From a virus (lineage: Duplodnaviria; Caudoviricetes), in IMG/VR virus record IMGVR_UViG_3300048579_000301, positions 1 to 33,000 of that record: a DNA stretch of 33,000 nt; one strand, given 5' to 3'. Position 1 is the stretch's first letter. Each line of letters opens with the position of its first letter. The position numbers and the translations under genes are program-made. Below the pieces are notes generated by a model. The model was not told the DNA's origin. It searched no databases and was given only the letters and a program-made list of their open reading frames with translations. Positions 15,884-23,687 of this stretch are shown piece by piece.

Positions 15884-17253
15884 AGACCAGCTACCTGCCA
15901 CGCCTGGCCGTGCGTGTGTTCGACGAGCCGCTGCTCATCCGGCCTCGCAAGCTCTACGTGATCCTGCAGGCTATCGGGCCGCGGCTCGGGCTTACCGACG
16001 CGGACGTCGAGGTGATCGCCGCGCGCATGCCGCCGGATGACGACGACGCCGAAGACGAGGATCTGTTCTCGGCGAAGCCGTATCAGGTCACTTCGGAGGG
16101 CATCGCGGTGATCGGCGTCTCCGGCACGCTCGTCAAGAAGGCTAGTTGGATGGACGCCTGGTCCGGCTTGCAGTCCTACGAGATGATCCGCGCCGAGTTC
16201 CGGGATGCGGTGGCCGATCCGCGTATTCGGGGCATCCTGCTGGACGTGGATTCGCCGGGCGGCGAGGTGGGCGGCCTCTTCGATCTCGCGGGAGAGATCT
16301 ACGGCGCGCGCCAGGCGAAGCCCGTCTATGCGGTCGCCAACGATTCCGCATTCTCGGCGGCGTACGCCATCGCATCGAGCGCAGAGCGGTTGTTCGTCAC
16401 AACCACCGGTGGAGTGGGCAGCATCGGCGTGATCGCGATCCACGTTGACCAGTCTGCTTATGACGAGAAAGCGGGCCGCAAGTACACGGCGATCTTCGCC
16501 GGAGCCAAGAAGAACGACTTCAATCCGCACGAGCCGCTATCCGATTCCGCAAAGGACGACCTGCAACTGGAGATCGACCGGCTCTACGACATGTTCGTTG
16601 GCATGGTGAGCCAGAACCGCCAGATGAAGGCCGCGCTGGTGCGGAACACCGAGGCCGGACTGTTCTTCGGCGAGAAGGCCATCGGCGCGGGCCTCGCGGA
16701 TCAGGTTGGCAGCTACGAAGATGCTCTCGCTGCGGTAACCGAAGCGGCGAAAGTGTCCAGGCAAGTTCGCGTCGCGGCGTCTGCCGAGACGCACATCACG
16801 AAGGAGGAATCCCCTATGGAAGACGTGCAAGCGCAGACGGCAGACGCGCCCGCCACCCCGGCGCCGCCCGTCGAAACGAAACCCGCGGCCGAGACGCCCG
16901 ACGCCGCCGCAATTGAAGCCCGGTTGCGCGCGGAATACGAGGAGATCGCCGCGCTCTGCAATCTGGCCGGCAAACCCGATTTCTTGTCCGAAGCCATCTC
17001 GAAGAAGATGACGCCGGCACAGGTTCGGGACGCGCTGGTGGCTGCGAAGGCGCAGGAGTCGCAGCGCACGGCGGTGCAGTCGCACGTGCAGGCCGCCCCG
17101 GTGGGAGCGGATGCGCAACTCAACGCGGCCGCAACCAATCTCGCGGCATCGAAGGGCATCTCGTTCGCGCAGGCGTACACGGAGGCGCTGAAGGCGAATC
17201 CGGCCCTCTACCAGCAGTACCTCGCTGAGAAACCGGCTGTGCGGCCGAACTGA
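15880..17253 (+). CDS. Prohead maturation protease, S49 family (gpC-like) with C-terminal scaffold
   Basis: GTGA coupling with portal; LDVDSPGGEV, AFSAAYAIAS, GSIGV. Confidence 0.93.
   Translation: MKTSYLPRLAVRVFDEPLLIRPRKLYVILQAIGPRLGLTDADVEVIAARMPPDDDDAEDEDLFSAKPYQVTSEGIAVIGVSGTLVKKASWMDAWSGLQSYEMIRAEFRDAVADPRIRGILLDVDSPGGEVGGLFDLAGEIYGARQAKPVYAVANDSAFSAAYAIASSAERLFVTTTGGVGSIGVIAIHVDQSAYDEKAGRKYTAIFAGAKKNDFNPHEPLSDSAKDDLQLEIDRLYDMFVGMVSQNRQMKAALVRNTEAGLFFGEKAIGAGLADQVGSYEDALAAVTEAAKVSRQVRVAASAETHITKEESPMEDVQAQTADAPATPAPPVETKPAAETPDAAAIEARLRAEYEEIAALCNLAGKPDFLSEAISKKMTPAQVRDALVAAKAQESQRTAVQSHVQAAPVGADAQLNAAATNLAASKGISFAQAYTEALKANPALYQQYLAEKPAVRPN
16816..17253 (+). CDS. Nested in-frame scaffolding protein (Nu3-like)
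   Basis: Perfect AAGGAGG at 16801-16807, 8 nt before in-frame ATG16816, right after the protease domain; Ala/Pro-rich linker follows; same layout as lambda C/Nu3. Confidence 0.75.
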   Translation: MEDVQAQTADAPATPAPPVETKPAAETPDAAAIEARLRAEYEEIAALCNLAGKPDFLSEAISKKMTPAQVRDALVAAKAQESQRTAVQSHVQAAPVGADAQLNAAATNLAASKGISFAQAYTEALKANPALYQQYLAEKPAVRPN

Positions 17254-17286
17254 GCGAGCCAGACCACAGCAAAGGAGCGATTAGCA

Positions 17287-17649
17287 ATGGCTTTCGAAGT
17301 CGGAACGCAAACGGTGTCCGTGCCCGCGAGCACGGATCTCTCGGCAAAGCAGTTCTATTTCGGCGTGATCAATTCGAGCGGGCAGGTGGCGGTGGTTGGC
17401 GCGGGCGTCGCGGCCGACGGCGTCATTGCGAACAAGCCCGATGCGCAGGGACGCGCGTGCGCCCTGCAGACCATGCCCGGACAAATTGCGCGCATTCAGT
17501 TGGGCGGCACGGTCGCCAACGGTGCGCTCCTCGAGGCGAACGCCAGCGGCCAGGCAATCACGCAGTCCAGCGGCAAGATCCTCGCCCGGGCGCTGGCGGC
17601 TGGTGTCGCCAACGACATCATTCCCGCGCTGCTGATTCTTCAGCGGTAA
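17287..17649 (+). CDS. Capsid decoration/cement protein (DUF2190-like)
   Basis: 120 aa Gly/Ala/Val-rich beta protein between protease and capsid; AAAGGAG SD. Confidence 0.75.
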   Translation: MAFEVGTQTVSVPASTDLSAKQFYFGVINSSGQVAVVGAGVAADGVIANKPDAQGRACALQTMPGQIARIQLGGTVANGALLEANASGQAITQSSGKILARALAAGVANDIIPALLILQR

Positions 17650-17674
17650 CCAATGAAAGGAGCTTTGAAGAACC

Positions 17675-18664
17675 ATGTACACGCCGACTCCCGGTGATGT
17701 TCACGTCAATACGCCGCTGACGCAGATCAGCATCGCGTATCTCCAGCAGCAGGATCAGTTCGTGGCCGCGCAGGTGTGCCCGGTGATTCCTGTCGCCAAA
17801 CAGAGCGACCGCTACTACGTCTACAATCGCGGCGACTTCTTCCGCGACCAGATGCAGAAGCGTGCGCCTGGCGCGCCGGCCGCCAGCACGGGCTACCGGC
17901 TCGACAACACGCCCACTTACTTCGCCGAAGTGTGGGCAGAGGCCAAGCCGATCCCGGACCAGCTCCGCGGCAACGCCGATGCTGTGCTCAACATGGATCG
18001 GGACGCCACGGAGTTCCTCACCCAGCAGGCGCTCATCCGGCGCGAGAAGATTTTCGCGGCCAACCTGTTCGCTGCCGGCAAATGGGGCACGGATATGGCG
18101 GGCGTCGCTTCCGGCCCGACCGGCGGCCAGTTCTTGCAGTGGAACGACCCGGCCTCGAACCCCATCGAGGACATTCGCGCCGGCAAGCTTGCCATCAAGC
18201 AGGCCACCGGCTATCCCGCCAACACGCTGGTGCTGTCCGAACCGGTCTGGCTGAAGCTGGTGGACCATCCCGACCTGGTGGACCGCGTGAAGTACGGCCA
18301 GACCAACGGTGGTCCGGCGCGCATCACGCGCGAGGCGCTCGCCGCCATCCTCGAACTCGACCGCATCCTGGTGATGGGCGCCATCGAGAACACGGCAGCA
18401 GAGGGCCAGACCGCCGCGCACTCATTCATCGGCGGCAAGAATGGGCTGCTCTGCAACGTGGCGCCGAATCCCGGACTGCTCACGCCGTCGGCCGCCTACA
18501 CTTTCGCATGGACCGGCTACCTCGGCGCGGGCAACGAGGGCAATCGCGTCAAGCGGTACCGCTGGGAAATCATCTCCAGCGACATCGTCGAGATCGAAAT
18601 GGCCTTCGACACCAAGCTCATCGCTCCGGAGTTGGGCTATTTCTTCTCCGGCGCGATCGCGTAG
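17675..18664 (+). CDS. Major capsid protein (HK97 fold, gpE-like)
   Basis: 329 aa, position, PLTQISIAY, WNDPASNPIEDI, AAAGGAG SD, strongly biased codons. Confidence 0.9.
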   Translation: MYTPTPGDVHVNTPLTQISIAYLQQQDQFVAAQVCPVIPVAKQSDRYYVYNRGDFFRDQMQKRAPGAPAASTGYRLDNTPTYFAEVWAEAKPIPDQLRGNADAVLNMDRDATEFLTQQALIRREKIFAANLFAAGKWGTDMAGVASGPTGGQFLQWNDPASNPIEDIRAGKLAIKQATGYPANTLVLSEPVWLKLVDHPDLVDRVKYGQTNGGPARITREALAAILELDRILVMGAIENTAAEGQTAAHSFIGGKNGLLCNVAPNPGLLTPSAAYTFAWTGYLGAGNEGNRVKRYRWEIISSDIVEIEMAFDTKLIAPELGYFFSGAIA

Positions 18665-18674
18665 GGGGGCGGCT

Positions 18675-18938
18675 ATGGCTTACCGCTCCCTGCCGGAGTT
18701 CGATCCCTCGGCGCAGTTCCTGTTCACCGCGCGCGTGCCCGTCTTCGGTGGCGTTCCAAGGACGGCGGGTGAGGTCTTCCCGCCGCCCCCGCCGGAGCCG
18801 GGCGCCGCGCGGATGTACTGGCGGCGCCTGAAACAGTTGTACGAGAAGCGGATGGTGACGATGGTCGTGCCGTCCGCGACTCCCCTAACGAAACCTCGAA
18901 AGGAGAAGCCCCATGGGCGCACAAAAGTTCAAGGGTAA
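18675..18938 (+). CDS. Small hypothetical protein after capsid (gpFI position)
   Basis: ATG18675 after G-rich SD; 87 aa; fills the gap between capsid and next gene. Confidence 0.65.
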   Translation: MAYRSLPEFDPSAQFLFTARVPVFGGVPRTAGEVFPPPPPEPGAARMYWRRLKQLYEKRMVTMVVPSATPLTKPRKEKPHGRTKVQG

Positions 18939-19389
18939 GGTCAACGTGCCGCTGCTGTCCCAGGGTGCAAGCGACCTGCGGTGGGCCGATGTGTCCCTCA
19001 CCAACGCCGATATCAAGGCGCTGCGTGCAACGCCGAAGACGCTCGTGCCCGCGCCGGGCACAGGCAAGGTGATCGAGTTCCTGTCTGCTGTGCTGATGCT
19101 GAAGGCCGGCACGAACGTGCTGACCGAGTCCACTGCGAACCTGGCCGTCCGGTACAAGGACGGCGCCGGCGTTCAGGTGTCGCAAACGATCGAAACCACC
19201 GCCTTCATCGACCAGGCTGCGGACCAGATCACCTACGGTGTGCAGAAGCTCGATCCGATCACCGCGCGGTCTGGCTGCGAGAATCAGCCGCTGGTGCTGC
19301 ACAACCTCGGCGCGGGCGAAATCGCCGGCAACGCGGCCAACGACGCCACCATGAAGGTCAAGGTCGGCTACCGGATCCACAGCTTCTGA
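18913..19389 (+). CDS. Putative virion structural protein
   Basis: AAGGAG SD; beta-rich; VSLTNADIKALRATPKTLVPAPG.GK pattern; head-module position. Confidence 0.7.
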   Translation: MGAQKFKGKVNVPLLSQGASDLRWADVSLTNADIKALRATPKTLVPAPGTGKVIEFLSAVLMLKAGTNVLTESTANLAVRYKDGAGVQVSQTIETTAFIDQAADQITYGVQKLDPITARSGCENQPLVLHNLGAGEIAGNAANDATMKVKVGYRIHSF

Positions 19390-19390
19390 T

Positions 19391-19687
19391 ATGGCCGATC
19401 CGTTTTCCGCGCTCAACCGGGCGTGTGTGGGGGCGTTCGGCGTCCCGGTTTCGTATCAGGCCGCCGCCGGTGGCGCGCCGATCGCGATCCGGGGCGTGTT
19501 CCAGAAGGACACCGATACGGAACGGGAGCAGGACGCACTCTATGCACGCCTTTTCATCTGCCTCGCCGATCTTCCCGGGCGACCGGAGCGCGGCGATGAA
19601 GCAACAGTCAACGGTGAGACTTTCGCGGTGTTCCAGGTGCTGGCCGACGCGATCGGCGGCGCGTGGCTCTCACTGCGCGCCCAGTAG
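19391..19687 (+). CDS. Head-tail joining/closure protein (gpFII-like)
   Basis: 98 aa, FGVPVSY...IRGVF...PERGD...VNGETF pattern and position. Confidence 0.75.
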   Translation: MADPFSALNRACVGAFGVPVSYQAAAGGAPIAIRGVFQKDTDTEREQDALYARLFICLADLPGRPERGDEATVNGETFAVFQVLADAIGGAWLSLRAQ

Positions 19688-19690
19688 TCC

Positions 19691-20146
19691 ATGCCTTCGA
19701 TTCGCGTCTACCAGAAGAAGCAGATTCGCCTCGACCGGCTGAACTTCCGCCAGACCCAGATGTTCAAGATCGGCAACGTGGGTGTGGCGGTGGTGAAGAA
19801 CCGGCTTGCGGCGGCGCAGGGGCCGTCGGACTCTTCGGCCAAGCCGCTCACGAAGCGCTACGCCATCTGGAAGACGAAGCTCGGTAGGGGCAATCGCCGG
19901 AACCTGATGCTCTCCGGCGACATGCTCCGCAACTTCCAGGTGCGTACCGTCAGCGAGAACCGGGCGAAGGCCAGCACCTCCACGCGCAAGGACCGCATCA
20001 AGGCCTGGATCACCAGCAAGATCGAACCCTGGATCGTTTTCTCGCCCAGGAACAAAACGGCGGTGGTGAACGCCGCGAACCAGGTGCTGAACGAAGCGGT
20101 GCCGCGACTCGTGCTTGAGAAGGACACCGGAGGGAAACCGCTTTGA
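19691..20146 (+). CDS. Basic neck/tail-completion protein
   Basis: Lys/Arg-rich, KPLTKRYA.WK, L.LSGDML pattern; position. Confidence 0.65.
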   Translation: MPSIRVYQKKQIRLDRLNFRQTQMFKIGNVGVAVVKNRLAAAQGPSDSSAKPLTKRYAIWKTKLGRGNRRNLMLSGDMLRNFQVRTVSENRAKASTSTRKDRIKAWITSKIEPWIVFSPRNKTAVVNAANQVLNEAVPRLVLEKDTGGKPL

Positions 20147-20610
20147 TCGACACGTCCCTGATCGTCAACAATCTGGTCGCGCTGCTCCGAGACATCCCGG
20201 CCCTGGTGACTGAGATGGGCGGCGATTCGTCGCGCATCTACGCCTACCACGACTCCTACCCGAAGCACGTCAGCCTGGTGCACGCGATCCACAACATGCC
20301 GTCGCCATCCATCATGGCTGTCTGGCAAGGAACGCAGCCGGGGGCCTTCGGTGGAGTCGATGTCTGGAAACACCAGGTCACGCTCTTTCTGCGGGCCAAG
20401 GAAGAGACGACGGTCGGTACGGCGTACTACCGGCTGTTTCGCCTGATCACGAAGGGCGTGCCGATAACGGCGGGCATCGCGATGCTGAACGCCACGGTCC
20501 ACCCGTCCTGCTATCCCATGGACCTGCCCCAGATCCAGCGCCAGACCGACGCCGAAGGGCTGGACTACTTCGAAGTACCCCTGTCGTTCACGGAGATTGG
20601 CGATGACTGA
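20143..20610 (+). CDS. Putative tail terminator protein
   Basis: TTGA coupling with GGAGG SD; 155 aa, just before tail tube. Confidence 0.6.
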   Translation: MIDTSLIVNNLVALLRDIPALVTEMGGDSSRIYAYHDSYPKHVSLVHAIHNMPSPSIMAVWQGTQPGAFGGVDVWKHQVTLFLRAKEETTVGTAYYRLFRLITKGVPITAGIAMLNATVHPSCYPMDLPQIQRQTDAEGLDYFEVPLSFTEIGDD

Positions 20611-20761
20611 TTACGTCTACATGCGCCCGCCATTCGGCGAAGGCGAGATTCGGAAGGTTGAGGCGAAGCCGGAGGTGCTCACTCCGCTCATGGTTGCGGG
20701 ATGGAGCCAGTGCGACCCGCCGGAGCCTGGCGAGGAGGTGAAGACCGATGTCCACGACTAG
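20603..20761 (+). CDS. 52-aa hypothetical protein (not in ORF track)
   Basis: GGAG at 20592-20595; MTDYVYMRPPFGEGEIRKVEAKPEVLTPLMVAGWSQCDPPEPGEEVKTDVHD*; overlaps both neighbours by a few bases. Confidence 0.7.
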   Translation: MTDYVYMRPPFGEGEIRKVEAKPEVLTPLMVAGWSQCDPPEPGEEVKTDVHD

Positions 20762-21788
20762 ACTGCAGGAAGTCCTGATCGGATTTGGCCGGGGTAAGCA
20801 GACGGATATCGCCACGGCGAATCTGGTCGCGAACATCTGGCAGTTGAAGAAGCTGAACGCGCAGCTTGCGAATCCGAAGCTGAACGTCGAAAACGATGCG
20901 GACGAGTACGGCAAGGGCCACGAGTTTCCGACTGCCACGTTCAAGACCGCTTACGATGTCGGCGGCACCATCGAAAAGTACCTGAGCGCGGAGATCGCAG
21001 CCTGGGCCATGTGCTTCGGTCTGGGCAAGGTGGTGAAGTCGGGCTCGACGCCGAACTTCGTTTACACCTGCACGCCGCTGATCCCGGCAAGCGGCGACGC
21101 GGCCGAGTTGCCGTACTTCTCCTTCATCGAGCAAATCCGGCCCGGCGCGGGCGTCGTCATCGATCGCATGGCGGTGGGCTGCTCGGTTGAGGGCTGGACC
21201 ATCACGATTGGCTCGGGGCCGGGCCGCGCGAACAGCAAGATCAGCATCGAGTTTGCCGGATCGGGGAAGATGACGGAGCCGTCCGGCATCACGCTGCCGG
21301 CGGCCATTGCCGAGAAGTTGTTGCCGTCTGCGTCCCTGGCGCTCAGCATCAACGGCGTCGACTATGTCACCAACAAGAACATCGTCTCCCTCGAAGCCTC
21401 GTGGAAGAACAATATCCGCATGGACCAGGGCTTCTACCCCGGTTCCGGATTCCAGACTTCGGGCGACGCCACTTCCGGCGCGATCCGCGGGCGCATGGAG
21501 TTCGGCAATCGCCAGGGCAGCCTAAAGTTCACCGCGCGGTTCGACAGCGCCTCGACGGAGCTGACGAAACTCAAGGCGCAAACGACGGGCACCGCCGTCA
21601 TCACGCTTACCTTCGATACGAACAACTCTCTCCAGATCACCTGGCAGAAGGTGGTGTTCGCGACGGCAGAGGTGGGCGAGACGGACCAGCTCGTGACTGT
21701 GGTTGTGGAGGCGACGCCGCTGTACGACTCCACGAACGGCATCGTCACCGCCGTCGCCAAATGCAACGTCGATCAGATTTGCCAGTGA
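20748..21788 (+). CDS. Major tail (tube) protein
   Basis: GAGGAGG SD; 346 aa Thr/Gly/Ser-rich; upstream of chaperones and tape measure; no sheath gene seen. Confidence 0.8.
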   Translation: MSTTRLQEVLIGFGRGKQTDIATANLVANIWQLKKLNAQLANPKLNVENDADEYGKGHEFPTATFKTAYDVGGTIEKYLSAEIAAWAMCFGLGKVVKSGSTPNFVYTCTPLIPASGDAAELPYFSFIEQIRPGAGVVIDRMAVGCSVEGWTITIGSGPGRANSKISIEFAGSGKMTEPSGITLPAAIAEKLLPSASLALSINGVDYVTNKNIVSLEASWKNNIRMDQGFYPGSGFQTSGDATSGAIRGRMEFGNRQGSLKFTARFDSASTELTKLKAQTTGTAVITLTFDTNNSLQITWQKVVFATAEVGETDQLVTVVVEATPLYDSTNGIVTAVAKCNVDQICQ

Positions 21789-21797
21789 GGACTCATC

Positions 21798-22409
21798 ATG
21801 GATACGTCACTATTCGATTCGACCAGACCGATCACCATCAACCTGCGCGGACCCGAGGGCGTGAAAGCCCTCCATGTTCGCTTTCCCACTGACGACGAGT
21901 GGGCGGAACGCCAGCGCCGCCGCAAGGTGGTGATCAAGCAGTTGGGCCGCGGCATCTCGGAGACCACTGTCGCCAACGGCGAAGATGTCGACGCGGCGCT
22001 GCTGGCGAAGATCCGCGCCGAAGACACGCCGGAGGTGGATCCATTCGAGGCGATGCGGGTGATCGATCAGTTGTCCCAGGCCGATGTGGACGATGTGATT
22101 CCGGAGGCCGGCGGCTTTCGTGTAACCCTGCGCGTGCTGGGCGCCACCACGACGCATGTGCTGAAGATGCCCTCGGCCAAAGACGTCTTCGATTACCGGC
22201 GCGGCTTCGCCCGGGTGCTCGACCTCCCGTACAACCGTCAGGAACTCACCATCAACCTGGCCGCAGCCAGCGCCCTATATAAGAGGTTGCTCCAGTCGGC
22301 GGAGGGCTATGCCGGCGATGTGCCCATAATCCATCAGGCGGTCGCGGTAAAAGCTGCCATTGACGCTCTCGATGCGGCGTTCGCCGAGGATCGCGAAGTA
22401 AGTTTCTAG
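21798..22409 (+). CDS. Tail assembly chaperone (gpG-like)
   Basis: GAGG SD; between tail tube and tape measure; followed by a -1-frame ORF. Confidence 0.75.
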   Translation: MDTSLFDSTRPITINLRGPEGVKALHVRFPTDDEWAERQRRRKVVIKQLGRGISETTVANGEDVDAALLAKIRAEDTPEVDPFEAMRVIDQLSQADVDDVIPEAGGFRVTLRVLGATTTHVLKMPSAKDVFDYRRGFARVLDLPYNRQELTINLAAASALYKRLLQSAEGYAGDVPIIHQAVAVKAAIDALDAAFAEDREVSF

Positions 22410-22747
22410 ATGGGCAGTGGCCGGAGCAGCCGTCGTACAGGTTCCTCGTGCATTGGGCGCTGCGGCGCGAGGAACTGTGCGACCCCGGCCTCTGCCCCGA
22501 CGCGCCGGACGACGGCGGCCGCTGCGATCACTGCCCGCTGGACCGATTGGACGCGGCGCAGGCGTCGGAGAAGGGGCTGGTGATCCGGCGGGCGCTGGAT
22601 CTGATGGGCGCGCTGAAACTCGGCATTGGGATTTCGCTGGACGAGATTTCGGCGAATGAGCTCTGCGCAATGCTCATCATCACGGATGAGCGCGACTTGC
22701 TGGAGGGACAGAGATCGCCAGGACTGTTGGTTCGACCATCACGGTGA
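22403..22747 (+). CDS. gpT-like extension, probably reached by -1 frameshift
   Basis: -1 frame open from 22364 to TGA22747, overlapping the gpG end (A AGT TTC TAG); no SD before GTG22448. Confidence 0.65.
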   Translation, partial: FLDGQWPEQPSYRFLVHWALRREELCDPGLCPDAPDDGGRCDHCPLDRLDAAQASEKGLVIRRALDLMGALKLGIGISLDEISANELCAMLIITDERDLLEGQRSPGLLVRPSR

Positions 22748-22749
22748 TA

Positions 22750-23604
22750 TCAGGCTGTGAGCAGATCCCGCCACTGTGCATAGGAAAGAACGCGCGAGGG
22801 ACGGGGATTCGCTCTATTCAGAATCTTCAACGCTCGTCGTTGGTGCTTGTCCCTAGTAACGAAAACATCGCAGATCGGCAGGTAGGTTGCGGACCAGAGG
22901 TCCAGATGACCAGGGTTGCTCTTTTGCCCGTAGCCTTGCCTTTGAACCGCGCGTTGGTAGATCGCACACGCGTAGCCGATCAGGAACATGCGCCACTCGT
23001 AAAGGGAGTTTAGGAGTTGCCACAGCTCTGAGCGGGGAAGCGTTGCACCTGTTGCCCTCTGGTAAATGGGGTTTACGACTTCGTAGAGGAACGCGTCGTC
23101 TTGGGCGTAGTGTTTGACGAGCGAACCGATGGAACGGGGACGTTGCGTTCCTGCGACGAAAATCGACTGTAGCGCATCGCGAAGTCCTTCGCTGAAGCTT
23201 CTCAATACGCTTTCGCGATCCGCGTTGAAATCGAGAGCCAGCTGTTGTGCGGCTTCATCTACCTGCGCTGGGTCATTCAGTGCGACCCACGCACCCTCGG
23301 CATCGCTTCCAGCATTGAGCGTGAGGTTGGGGGCACGTCTCGAATATGCTTCACACGCCATGATGATGATCTGATTGGGTGATGCCATTGGCCGGTTATC
23401 GCGACCAAGCATCTTCATGAGGCGCAGGATGCCCAACCGTCGGCCGCTGTTTGGGTCGGCCGCAACCTCAGCAATGGCGATGCACGTGGGGAACATCGTT
23501 CGGGACAACGCGGCCTCGATCAGCGACTCGCGGTCCGGATCGTCGAATAGAGCATTCCAGGCGCTCGTGTCCAGAATGTGCTTGTCATGCACGTCGGAGA
23601 GCAT
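22750..23604 (-). CDS. Moron: large PIN-domain-like protein
   Basis: N-terminal HILDTSAWN, IAEV, C-terminal LDLWSA...DVFVTRDK match the PIN acidic-residue layout; lower GC. Start ATG23604 or GTG23637. Confidence 0.65.
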   Translation of the reverse strand: MLSDVHDKHILDTSAWNALFDDPDRESLIEAALSRTMFPTCIAIAEVAADPNSGRRLGILRLMKMLGRDNRPMASPNQIIIMACEAYSRRAPNLTLNAGSDAEGAWVALNDPAQVDEAAQQLALDFNADRESVLRSFSEGLRDALQSIFVAGTQRPRSIGSLVKHYAQDDAFLYEVVNPIYQRATGATLPRSELWQLLNSLYEWRMFLIGYACAIYQRAVQRQGYGQKSNPGHLDLWSATYLPICDVFVTRDKHQRRALKILNRANPRPSRVLSYAQWRDLLTA

Positions 23605-23687
23605 CCGTGTTCGTGGCGCAGAATTCGCGAGCAACACCTCCAGAATAGGGCACGCCAGTTTGGCCTTCCAGTGCCTCCATTTCCCCG

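Noticed and set aside
17776-18831. 351-aa alternative-frame ORF over the capsid gene
   Set aside because: Arg/Pro/Gly-rich off-frame translation with no recognisable motif, unlike the nested MTase ORF.
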